Below are positions 39,111 through 50,171 of a DNA stretch of 64,000 nt, one piece after another. A program made the position numbers and the translations under genes. The notes under the pieces were generated by a model that ran no database searches, had not been told where the DNA came from, and saw only the letters and a list, made by a program, of their open reading frames with translations. Within the stretch, counting starts at the first letter, position 1; each line of letters opens with the position of its first letter. Source of the stretch: the human T2T-CHM13v2.0 reference genome, Homo sapiens; NCBI RefSeq assembly GCF_009914755.1, contig NC_060927.1; one strand, written 5' to 3'.

Positions 39111-41819
39111 GATTCCTACTAGTGCAAAGGCAGATAATGCAAATCCGAAAGCAGTTTGCAGTTAACTTTTAAAGTGATTTAATTGGGTCAAGGTTCGTCA
39201 ACAGCAGAAGTTATCCAATATAAAAATCTGCACAGTCATTAACTTTTATGGTTGCAATATTGGCCTTAAATATCAACTACCTCCTTATTTGCCAAGTCAT
39301 ATAATTCTGCTCCTAGGCACCAAAAACTGAAAATTTTTAAGATACCTTATTTGTGCTGTACCAAATCTCTCCAATCCAACTTATAAAACACAAGCCCTTT
39401 CCCAATAGACAGGATCTGTATAAAATCTAATCTTTTTCGTTTTACAAAAGAACAAGTAACAAGGCTTCTGGCCAATTTATACAACAGGTACAGAGGCCTT
39501 TAAATTCCTCACTGCCTTCTCCTTATCAAGAAAGTGAATTATTACCAAACTCCCAGCTCTCAAAAAGAGGTCAAAAGTCACTTTGCTCCAAAGTCCTTGC
39601 CAGGTAAAATAAAGTGGGAGGAAAATGGCAGTTTTATTCTGAACCAAATTCTTGATTCTCTAGATTAACACAACTTTTAAAACCCAGATAAAATTTGCAA
39701 GAATAGTTGTTACGTGAGGGTGGGAGACACGGGGAAGAGGAGGGAGTTGGAGAGAGAGTAAAATACTTGAGAGCCACAAAGAAAGACAGTTCAGAGTAGA
39801 CAGTAGATAATCAACTATTCCTAAGGTAAAATGGTAGAGTTCGAGTGATGTATATTAAAGCATTATTAAATGAAGAGCTAATCTAGTAATATTGCCTGCT
39901 CTCTTACTGTGCATAGAAACTTAAAAGCTATCCAGGCCTTGTCTGGAGGAGAAATGTCCATTAAAGATTGAAGTGCTTTGGAAATCATGTCTCTTGGTAT
40001 CCCTTTGATGCCCAAAACCAACCTGGAGAACAAAATAAGGGCATGGTACACATATCCACGTATGCAGAAATATGAAGAGGGAGAGAGACCGAAGGGAGAT
40101 GATAAAATACAAAACAAATTTCAAGACAAGTCAGTCATCAGAATGTCTTTCAGTTTATAGAACCATTTGTAGAAATCAAATTCTTGTTTGCATGTGATTT
40201 TGGAAACATGGATTTTCCTAAAGCTAAATGGATAGTGAATTATTTTTTTACAGAAAGTAACCTTGGAGGCCTTTAATATTCTCAGAGGGCTGTTTTGGCT
40301 TTGCACATATGGACTACAAAGATTGTAGGAGAATTCTAACTTATAAACTCAATTTGTTCAGATGAATTAGAAAAAAATAGCCTACGAAAGATTAACTTGT
40401 AATGTGGTTAAGACAAAAAGGTTACAACTTTATAGTAAGGTTGCTAATACACATGAAGATTTGATTATGAAGTACTGATCCCATATGCCACACTCAAAAG
40501 ATGCTTTAATTCATGAATAGTAGCGTATCATAACTATGAGAATAGCAGGCAAAATGGCTTCACATATAAATAAAAATTCCAAGGAAGCTGGATACTTAAA
40601 TGACTTGTTTTCTGGCAAAAGATCCATAGAGTATAGAATGGGTTTGTGTCAAAGTCAATTGCCTGAACGACATGGAAAGCATGTGTATCACACGCTAGAC
40701 TTCTTGCCAAAAAGGAAATGCCTTTTTCAAATCAACAACTTTGTTATCTCCTTTTGCAACAGTGATTACATTTGAGTTTTACATTATGGGTGCAATGAAG
40801 CTGGAATTTACTGCCTTAATAATAGATCAAAGCAAATCAGAAAGTAATTAGTTGATAGAGCAATGAGCTGCTTATCTGAACAACTCGTTTATGGAACATA
40901 AAGGAACAGGAAACCCTTGACTTCTATAGCTTTTGAAATAAAGAAGAGGGAAATCTCTATGGAAGTACAGTTTATCAGCAGGGTGAAATCCAACTACATC
41001 TATTCTTTTCTCTTGCAAATTAGTTCCTTTTATTCCTTAGGACTAAACTTCCTAATCTGAGAATCCATTTACCTTCATTGCATATGTTTCCCTAAAGGCT
41101 GCATATTCATTTTCTGGATATTAGATACCCTATTTACCACAGCCTGGAGCCTGGAGCCATTTGCTGTGCAGGGTTTTCTCCCCTCCCCTTTCAAAGAAGA
41201 ACGTTATAGTGAAAATTACTGATAAAGGAAGTGAGTGACAGACCCTTATTGAGCAGCTAGTGATCATTACATTTTGATTTTATATTATTATTATTATTTA
41301 GCATATTAAGTGCCTACTCTATCATTATTGTGGGTGACTTCTCAGGGAGTAGCAGAGCATTAAGTTTCAAGAGGACAGAGTTTAATATGAGGTTGAAAAT
41401 GGTTAACAACAGGCTGAGGGCCTAACGAAAACACATTTAGAAAGTCAACCAGAGGGATTTTTATTTTAATGAAAAAGAATAATGAAAAGCCCTCTGCAGG
41501 GAGAGCAAATTTGACAAGGTTATTTAAACATATATGTGGGCTTTAATGTTTCAAAGGAGTTTTTTTTAATAGGATTTAATCTAATTTGTAGGTTTGGACC
41601 TGAGTTTCAGGGTAGTTGCAAGATAGTCTTAGAGAGCAAGACTCCTTTGCCACCAAATAAGAATGTAGAATAGATTTTAGGGTCTTTGTGTTGGACAGGG
41701 ACTAAGAGATGGTCTAATTTAACCTCTTCATTCATAGGACAAGACACTGAAGCTCAAAAAGTAAAATGAATTCTCCAAGACCATGAAGCTAGTAAGTAAT
41801 AGAGCTGTACTGAGGGTCA

Positions 41820-42130
41820 CCATATGATGAGCACTTATGCAGGCCATGTCTGTTAGTAACTTTATATCTGTAATCCCTACGATATACTGCAAGCAAGTAT
41901 TATTATTGCTATTTTATAGCCAAAAAAAGGAAACTCAAAGGATTTATGTAATATACCAAAAATCACATAGTCAGAAAAAGAAGATTGATGCTGGGGGTTG
42001 CCCTTAGCTGCTCACCCCAGCAGAAGGCAGAGCTGTCCGCTGCCCATCACAAAGCCTTCAGCCTTTAGTGCACTAGCTTTCAGCAGATCCAGCCAGGCTC
42101 TGTCTTCCAAACCTGTACTATCAACTGACC
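41820..42130 (-). mobile_element. MIR SINE interrupted by an unexplained ~95-bp insert
   Basis: MIR-like TATTATTGCTATTTTATAG...AAAATCACATAG...GCTGGG before 41995 resumes as CCAGGCTCTGTCTTCCAAACCTGTACT after about 42090. Confidence 0.5.
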
Positions 42131-43479
42131 TGTTTCCATTTGCTTATGCTTTAATTCTGATCTCCTTGACTTGATATTTTGAATGCACCCTAGTTTTCAA
42201 TTCAGCCCTAACCTCTTCAGAAATTAGATCTTATTCCTCTTGGCTCCTACTTGGGATCACTCCCACCCCTTTTTTCCTTCAGATCCAAGTCCTGAGACCC
42301 TACCAAAGGCCAGTGATCCTGGTTCAGAATCAATTGAGGGGCAGGTCAGGTAAAAATCTGATTGGTGCAACTCCAAATTGGGTGGAATGGAGGTGGTAGT
42401 GGGTGTTGTGTGATGGCCAGGGTATGCTGGAAAGGAGGGATATGGGACCAATCTGGCAGCCCAGTGATTCAGGTATCATTTCTGTCATCAGAGATTGGTT
42501 TATGATTGGAATGCAACTCCCAAATCTACCCTCTAAAATCTGTAGGGTAGTACAGAAGCTGCTGACCTGAGGATAGTCAGCATCAGATTGAGTCAGAGCT
42601 ACTTTGGCAGTGGGGATCATCTATGGTTCCAGCAGTGAGGTGTGAGGACCAGCAGAAGCAGAGAACCTGAGGCACAGCCTAATACACTGCTCCCCTTCCC
42701 AGACCTCTCTGTCACTTCCCCAATCTTCTGCAGGTGGGATCTGTTGCAAGTTGTCAGCAATGCCAGGACCAACTCCCCTGCTTTCTGCTCACATGAGCAC
42801 CATCTTGGGAGAATAACAGTTTGGGGATTTTCCTCCACTATATCTTGCGCCCACCGTTAATGATCACTTTTAACTTCTTTCAGCCCCAGTTTTATCTCTT
42901 AAATAGTATATACCTTAAAAGAATGAATGAAAACTTTGTTTACAGCTGTGGCTGTGACACTGAGGTCTCTTAGTAAATTTAATATATTAAGCCTGAGCCA
43001 ACGTAGGCCAGAAAGTATGTGAAAATAAATTCACGAATGCATTTCTACTTTTATGACTAATTTCTGTGAGGTAGATCAGATATTTTAAATTTAAACTAAT
43101 GATCAATATGCCTGAAAACTGCCATTGATATAGCATACATTATAAAAATATTGCAGCTTCCAAACAAAATATGAGAAATCACATCTTAATAAAACTAATA
43201 TTTTAATTCTTGGGTAAATCCATTAGGAATTTAATTAAACGAAAACCAGCCACTGTACTGCAAAGTTTACAGAACCAATGAAACAATTCCAAAAAAAGTC
43301 TCTAATCTACTAAATTTCCTCCTATCTTACATAAGATATAATATAGCATACTATATAAGTGATCCAGTGGATATAGTTTGCTCAGAATTTTTAAATAAGC
43401 TTTTTTAAAAGTTTCTTTATAACAGATTATAAAGGGAAAGAAATCAGTAGAGGATAAAGGGCAAAATACTGTGAAGAGT

Positions 43480-44250
43480 TGCTGTGAAGAGTCATGGAAG
43501 TCTTAGTGAACAGCTGTGACTAAGAATGAAGTTAGTAATTAGATATCCAGAGGTCTAGCATTGGTTCTAGCATTGTTCAATACAGTGTATTTGATGAGAA
43601 AGAGGTGGAGAAACTGGGAGATGCATTAGTATGTATAGGGATATAGGATTTGACTGCCAAATCTGCCAATGACTCTGCTTTAGGTAGGTGGACCAAGTTG
43701 GTCAAGAACAATGAAAGTTATCACATGAATTCAGCATTTTGAGATTTATGCAGAAATGAAGGCACTTACGATTCAACTTGTACCAATAGTCATACCAGCA
43801 GAAATTAATCCAAATTTCTCTGAAATCTTTTCTGCAAAGTAAACTGGGTAAAAGACAATCTAATGTCTATGTAAATAGTTAAATGACAAGAGCAGAATGC
43901 AATTCTAACATGAATCAGTTGTATAAATATAAAATGTTTATCTATGAATTTCTATAAATTATGATAACAAAGACAAGTACTCATTAATTTTTTTAAATGA
44001 TTCAATATACTTTGTTTTTATTGGATATTCATGTTATCCTACATTGCCCTAGGCCTTAGCAGACTGTGGTACAAATGAGTTCATATTAGCATTGATACAC
44101 AAATTTTCATGGAAAAGAGTTATCACTTTCACAACTGCCTCAAAACCTTCAAGGTTTCCAGAGGACTAGCATCATTTCTTTCCTGAGAAAAGCCCACTTT
44201 AGCACTAAGACTGGAATCTGGATGCTGCGTGAGAAATCTGCATCCCTAAT
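43480..44250 (+). mobile_element. L3/CR1 ORF2 relic
   Basis: Highly decayed similarity to CR1 RT motifs: CCAGAGGTCTAGCATTGGTTCTAGCATTGTTCAATA (GVPQGSVLGP..FN-like) and AAATCTGCCAATGAC (KFADD-like). Confidence 0.4.
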
Positions 44251-44354
44251 GTCCTCAGCATTTCTCCCAAAACCACTTAACTGATGTGACAAGAACTTCT
44301 GCAAGCCCTTGAGTCTTTAAGAAGGATGTATTCTTCACAACCAGCCACAGCATT

Positions 44355-45130
44355 ACTTTTGATATCACATGCTCCTCCAGGACCTTGCTACTCTCTCATT
44401 AAGAAGTAGATTCTCTTTTTTCTACCCTTGAAACTGGGCAGGCTTGAAACAATAGAATAAGTAGAATAAGGCAGAAGTGATGCTATGTGACTTCCAAGAC
44501 TAGATAACAAAAAGGATATAGCTTCTTCCCAGCTGTCCCCTTTAAGATCTTGGCACTTAGAACTCAGCCACCATTTTGTGAGGAAGCACAAACCACACGT
44601 AAATACCATGTGTAAGTGTTCCCATCAGCATCCCCAGGTACGATATTAGTATACAGCTGCATCAATTGCTAGATGTGCACAAAAAGCAGACTTCAGGCTA
44701 GGTACAGTGGTTCACACCTATAATCCCAGCATTTTGAGAGGCTGAGCCAGGAGGATTGCTTGAGTGCAGGAGTTCGAGAGCAGTCTAAGCAACACAGTGA
44801 GACTCTGTCTCTACAATAAAAAAAATTAGCCAGGCATGGTGGCACACACCTGTACTCCCAAATAACAGGAGTTCCAGGCTGCAGTGAGCTGTGATTGTAG
44901 CACTACACTCCAGCTTGGGAGATGAAGCAAGACCCTGTCTCAAAAAAAAAGCCTTTAGATTATTCCAACTGCTAGCTTTGGAGTTGCTCAGCTGACTCCT
45001 AGTCAAGCAGCAATGAGTTATCCCTGCAAAATTCTGTCCAAATTGCAAAATGTGAGCAAAAGAAATGTTGTTATTGCTTTTTGCCACTGTTCAGGGTGGT
45101 TTGTTATGCAGTATTACATAGCTGAAGCAA
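44355..45130 (+). mobile_element. MaLR solo LTR, MLT1G/H-like, interrupted by an Alu
   Basis: AATAGAATAAG...GCAGAAGTGATGCTATGTGACTTCCAAGACTAG, AGCCACCATTTTGTGAGGAAGC, terminal GGGTGGTTTGTTATGCAG. Confidence 0.78.
44696..44950 (+). mobile_element. AluJ-like SINE with a right-arm internal deletion
   Basis: GGCTAGGTACAGTGGTTCACACC...GGAGGATTGCTTGAG (J-type). The right arm jumps from TGTACTCCCA to CAGGAGTTCCAGGCTGCAGTGAGC. Short A tail. Confidence 0.88.
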
Positions 45131-45803
45131 TCCTCCTTCATTGCAGCTACACATATTTCAACACGGAACTGAGAATACCAACATCCTTAATTCTATGTGA
45201 GAATTTGAACATAAATTCCAAGCCTATGCCTACCCAAATACTACAGAATCCTTCATAAAAACAAGCCTCATGGCTTCTGCTTTAGACATTTCCCAAAAAG
45301 AAGCCACTGAAGATTCTTGGCCCAGCACAAAGGTCTTCTGTCATCTCAAGGTCACTATTTCTCCCCAAGGAACTTTATTCCTAAATTTCCTAATAGCAGA
45401 CTCCTTTTATGCATACATTTCAACATGTAAATAGGTGCCTGTGCATTAAAGATAGGGCTAAGTAACTGTTCCATAATTTCAGATGGAACATGAGATTCAC
45501 TCAAATTCCCACTTCAGGCCCAACTTGCTCCCATTATGTTTTATAACCACATCTGAAAGGGAAACCTTCTAAGAGGCTGTGATTTCATTCTCTGTCATGG
45601 CAATGTCATTTGATGAGTAAAGTGGCCAGACAATATAAATAAAAATAAACGAAATTTTATTCTTGGAGGGAGACATTTTCTTGTTAGAAATCTACTTTAT
45701 GAAGGTTACAGGGCTACAATAGAAGTCAAAAATGTTAATACTTCTTAGAAAGAATGTCACACTACCAAGCTAACACTTAGCGGGGGTAAAGTAGGAGGGT
45801 TAT

Positions 45804-45975
45804 TGACAGGGTTTGGCTCTGTGTCCAAATCTTATCTCAAATTGCAATCCCCATATGTCGAGGGAGGGACATGGTGGGAGGTGATTGGATCATGGGGGCA
45901 GTTTCCCCCAGGCTCTTCTTGTGATACGGAATGAGTTTTCACAACATCTGATGGTTTAAAAGTGGTACTTCCTGC

Positions 45976-46008
<33 letters not shown>

Positions 46009-47398
46009 AAGATGAGGAACTTATTGGGAACTGGAGTAAAGATTACTCTTGCCTATACTTTAGCAAAGAGACTGGCAGCATTTTGCCCCTGCCCTAGAGA
46101 TCTATGGAACTTTGAACTTGAGAAAGATGACTTAGGGTATCTGGTGAAAGAAATTTCTAAGCAGCAAAGCATTCATGATGTGACCTGGCTTTCTCTAAAA
46201 GCTTACATTCAAATGCATTCACAAAGAGATGGTTTGAAACTGCAAGTGATATTTAAAAGAAAAGCAGAGCATAAAGGTTTGGAAAATTCACATCCTGACC
46301 ATGTGGTAGAAAAGAAAAGCCTATTTTTTGGGAAGAAATTCAAGCCAAAGCCAGCTCCAGAAATTTGCATAAGTAACAAGGAGTCTAATGTTAACAGCCA
46401 AGACAATAGGGAAAATGTCTCCAGGGCATTTTGGAGATCTTCACAGCAGTCCCTCCTATCATATGCCTGGAGGCCTAGGAGAGAAAAAAGGTTTTGTGGG
46501 CCAGGCCCAGGGCCCCACTGCTCTGTGCAGTCTTAAGACAAGGCACTCTGCATCCCAGAGGCACCAGCGCCAGCCATGGCTAAAAGGGGCCAAGGTACAG
46601 CTCAGGCCACTTCTTCAGATGGTGCAAGCTCCAAGCCTTGGCAGCTTCCATGTGGTGTTGGGCCTGTAGGTGCACAGAAAACAAGAGTTGAAATTTGGAA
46701 GCCTCTACCTAGATTTCAGAGGATGTACAGAAATGCCTGGATGTTCAGGCAGAAGTCTGCTGCAAGGATAGAGCCCTCATTTCCTCTCTGCTAGGGCAAT
46801 ACAGAGGGGAAATATGGGATTGGGACCCCCATACAGAGTCCCCACTGGGACACTGCCTAGTGGAGCTGTTAGAAGAGCCCACCAACCTCCTAGATCCACT
46901 GACAACTTGGACTGTGCACCTGGAAAAGCCGCAGGCACTCAATGGCAGCCCATTAAAGCAGCCATGGGGGTTGTACCCTGCAGAGTCACAGGGGCAGAGC
47001 TGCCCAAGATCTTGGAAACCCACCTCTTGCATCAGGGTTTGGTTCTGTGTCCTTACCCAAATCTCATCTTGAATTGTAATATGCATATGTCAAGGGAGGG
47101 ACCTAGTGGGCAGTAATTGGATCATGGGGGAAGTTTCCCCCATGCTGTTCTAGTGATAGTGAATGAGTTCTCATGAGATCTGATGGTTTAAAAGTGGCAC
47201 TTCCTGCTTCGCTCTCTCTCTCTCTCTCTCCTGCTGCCATGTAAGACATACCTTGCTTCCCCTTGGCCTTCTGCCATGATTGTAAGTTTCCTGAGGCCTC
47301 CCCAGTCATGTAGAACTGTGAGTCAATTAAACCTTTTTCCTTTATAAATTACCCAGTCTCAGGTATTCCTTAGAGCAGTGTGAAAATGGACTAATACA
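45804..47398 (+). mobile_element. MaLR provirus, MSTA-like (LTR-internal-LTR) with two internal deletions
   Basis: 5-bp TSD GTTAT at 45799-45803 and 47399-47403. 5' LTR breaks at (TC)n near 46008. MaLR-internal sequence from 46010 to 47035. 3' LTR from about 47036 to ...GGACTAATACA. Confidence 0.9.
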
Positions 47399-47929
47399 GT
47401 TATAGAAAAAACTCTTTATGCTTTATAAAACTATGAAAAGCTATGAGTTATAAGACCCTACACTGGACAATTAGAGAAGAACTGAAAGGATATTCCAAAT
47501 AAGTGATATGGAAATAAATAAATCTCTTGTTAAGAAATAAATGGGATCTAAAATCAAGTGAAAAACTATATAACCTTCACCCTAAGCCATAGGATTATAT
47601 ATGTCCTCTATAGCAGAGAACTTTTAAACACAAAAATTGAAATTAATTATAAGATAATTATGAGATTCAGAAATTGAAGCAAGTACAATAATTTTTTTAT
47701 TTTTCTTATTGATAACTTCATTTTACAAAAGCAGTACAAATTAGAGAGTTCTAGGTACATACTAAAAATTAATACACATTTGAAAATCATACATAAATAT
47801 AATCATATATAATATCTCATAAGTTCATTGCAATACTTTCATTTTGAGCAATGTTTGGCTTGATAATTTGTAAAGAATTATGGCTTTTTAATTTTAATAG
47901 CTAATTATAACTAATAATAATTGTAGCTT

Positions 47930-48140
47930 CTAGCCATTTAGAATTCAATGGAACCAGTCACTGCACTAATTACTGACAGTATCTTCCTTCATCCTCATAA
48001 CAACTCTTTGAGATATATATTATTATTTGTTATCTCTGGAGCAAAACAGCTTAAATAACTTTCTCAGTATCCTACAACTGGCAGAACCAGGCAACTAAGG
48101 GAGGCTATATAACCCCAAACTTGTGTTCTGAACCCCTGAA
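47930..48140 (-). mobile_element. MIR SINE
   Basis: CATCCTCATAACAACTCTTTGAGAT...ATTATTAT...TTAAATAACTTTCTCAG...GGCAGAACCAGG. Confidence 0.55.
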
Positions 48141-48989
48141 ATAAAATCCTCCTGTAGTCATGTGAACTGTGGCATCAAAACTTTTATGTTAAAGGAAGTC
48201 CTTAACACCTCAGTTTAGGATTAAGAAGACTACGGCTCAATCTAATTCTAATTATTCCCCAATGTGTCACTGACTGCTTCCCAGAAAAGAAACCAGTTAT
48301 CTTCTTTCTCCCTCTGCAACAACCACCATGACATTTCATCTCAGGGGCCTTGCTTCTCTTATGTATTTCAGGAGTGAGATCCAGGGACTCGGGATTTAAG
48401 GGGTATCAGGAAAAGGAATTTGATTGTAGGGAGAAAAGTATTACTTCCATGCCAGCTTGACAACCACACCCCTAAAAGCCCTGCCAACCTCCATGTTCTC
48501 TTTTTTTATTTTCTTAAGGAGATATTCAAAATATGTTCATGCCAATGCAATGACACTATATCTTACTTTCCTCTTATTGAAAAGGTCAAGGAATTTGGCT
48601 CTTAGAAAAGGAAGTAATGGTAGGCAAATTCCAAATATAGACACTTCTAACTGATTTGGGCAGAAAGGACATTCCACGTTGATTGAGCACTCAGCTACAG
48701 AATCATTATTAGCCAGCTTTCCATGATTAGCAGTGTCAGAGAATTGAAATTAATGTAAATATGATATTTTCACTTTAAAAGGATGACCACAGAGTTTTAA
48801 TCTTGTCTATTAGCATGAACAATTTATCCTTAATATGCCACATATATTAGTAATTGAAAATTACATGATTTAATTTGCTCTCAGGCAGCATTTGTAGGGT
48901 GGCTAATTTAATCATTAATATATAATTAAAAGTAAAATCTCACAAATAAAGGAAGATCATCAAACATCCTTTATACACTGCAGTAGATA

Positions 48990-49211
48990 TGACAGATGAT
49001 TGGTTTAAAAGAGAAACAATAATCTTTGCCATGATCTTTTGCAATGGAATCTTGTAAGCTTTTCCCTTTAGGAGGCATTCATATCTTCTCCCCATGTTTC
49101 TTTACTGGAGTTATGACTTCTTCAACCAGTAAAATGTGGCAAAAATGATAGTGTACCAATTTCAGGTCCACTTCTCAAAAGTCCTAGTAGCTTTCACTTT
49201 TCCTCGTGGGA
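48990..49211 (+). mobile_element. MLT1H/G-like LTR, 5' half (3' half at about 61741-61993)
   Basis: TGACTTCTTCAACCAGTAAAATGTGGCAAAAATGATAGTGTACCAATTTCAGG...AGCTTTCACTT resembles the MLT1G/H central motif. Confidence 0.55.
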
Positions 49212-50171
49212 TCCAAACTACACCCCACACACCCCTGCAACTGATAGGCAGGCAATGCCTGCTAGAGCTACTAGCCCAGCAGTCTTGCCTCTGTGTGAAC
49301 TCAGCTGGAGAGTGCAGCTTCCTAATGTCCTGCTTGAGCATGCCCCCACCACTGGTAGCCAGGTGGGCAACATTTGCTAGAGCTTCTGACCCAGCAGCCA
49401 CAATTCTATGTGAACTCAGCTGGAGGGCACAGCCTCCTGATATTCCAGGAAACATTTGATCAGCAAGGCACATGACTCTACCACCCCCACCACCAATAGT
49501 CAGGTGGGCAACACCTGCTAGAATGTCCAGCCCAGAAGCCCTACATCTGCTTCAATCTGCCAAGGGGCACAGGCTCCTTTTTCGCTAGAAATATCCAAAT
49601 AGCAGTGCTGACAATCCCACCCACTCCCACCTTCCATAGCCAGATAGGTCACATCCACTAGAGTTTCCAGGCAAATCATCCCACTTCAGCCTGAACTCTG
49701 CTGGCAGATGCAACCTCATCTTTCCCCAGAAAGTACATGAATAGAAGATTAAGGCCAGCTTGACAAGGAAACAGCTTGTCGGCCAACTGCAGCCCCGGCC
49801 TGAACAAGCCCCATGCACCAGAATACCCAACAAAAAAAGTGCAGACACTAGACAGTAATTGGAGGGGGCTCCTCCAAGACCCAGGAAAAATCTAGAATTG
49901 AAGACAGTCAACCAAACCCACCTTATACCATAATCAAATTCCCAAGGGCATCAACGAAGAAAAAGGCAAAACAATCCACCCAAAGGACACCAACTTCAAA
50001 GACTGAAAAAACATCAGAATACACAAATGAGAAAACCAGCACAAGAACTCTTGGCAACTCAGAAAGTCAGGGTGCCTTGTTTTCTCTAAATGATCATACT
50101 AGTTCTCCAGCAAAAGGTCTTGACCAGGCTGAGATAGCTGATGACAGAAATAGATTCAGAAAATGGATAGG
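49212..50171 (+). mobile_element. Old primate L1 (L1PA13-16/L1PREC2-like): 5'UTR and ORF1 start
   Basis: Degenerate 5'UTR tandem units (CAGGTGGGCAACA..TGCTAGA; TGTGAACTCAGCTGGAG), then ORF1 start ATGAGAAAACCAGCACAAGAACTCTTGGCAACTC. Confidence 0.78.

Noticed and set aside
46012-46536. MaLR internal ORFs (also 54223-54657) as host genes
   Set aside because: They are fragments of the vestigial MaLR internal ORF within deleted or truncated elements, with no evidence of constraint.
49230-49720. Repeated ~120-140-bp units resembling a spaced array (CRISPR-like)
   Set aside because: They are degenerate tandem units of an old L1 5'UTR in primate DNA, with no identical repeats, unique spacers or cas genes.
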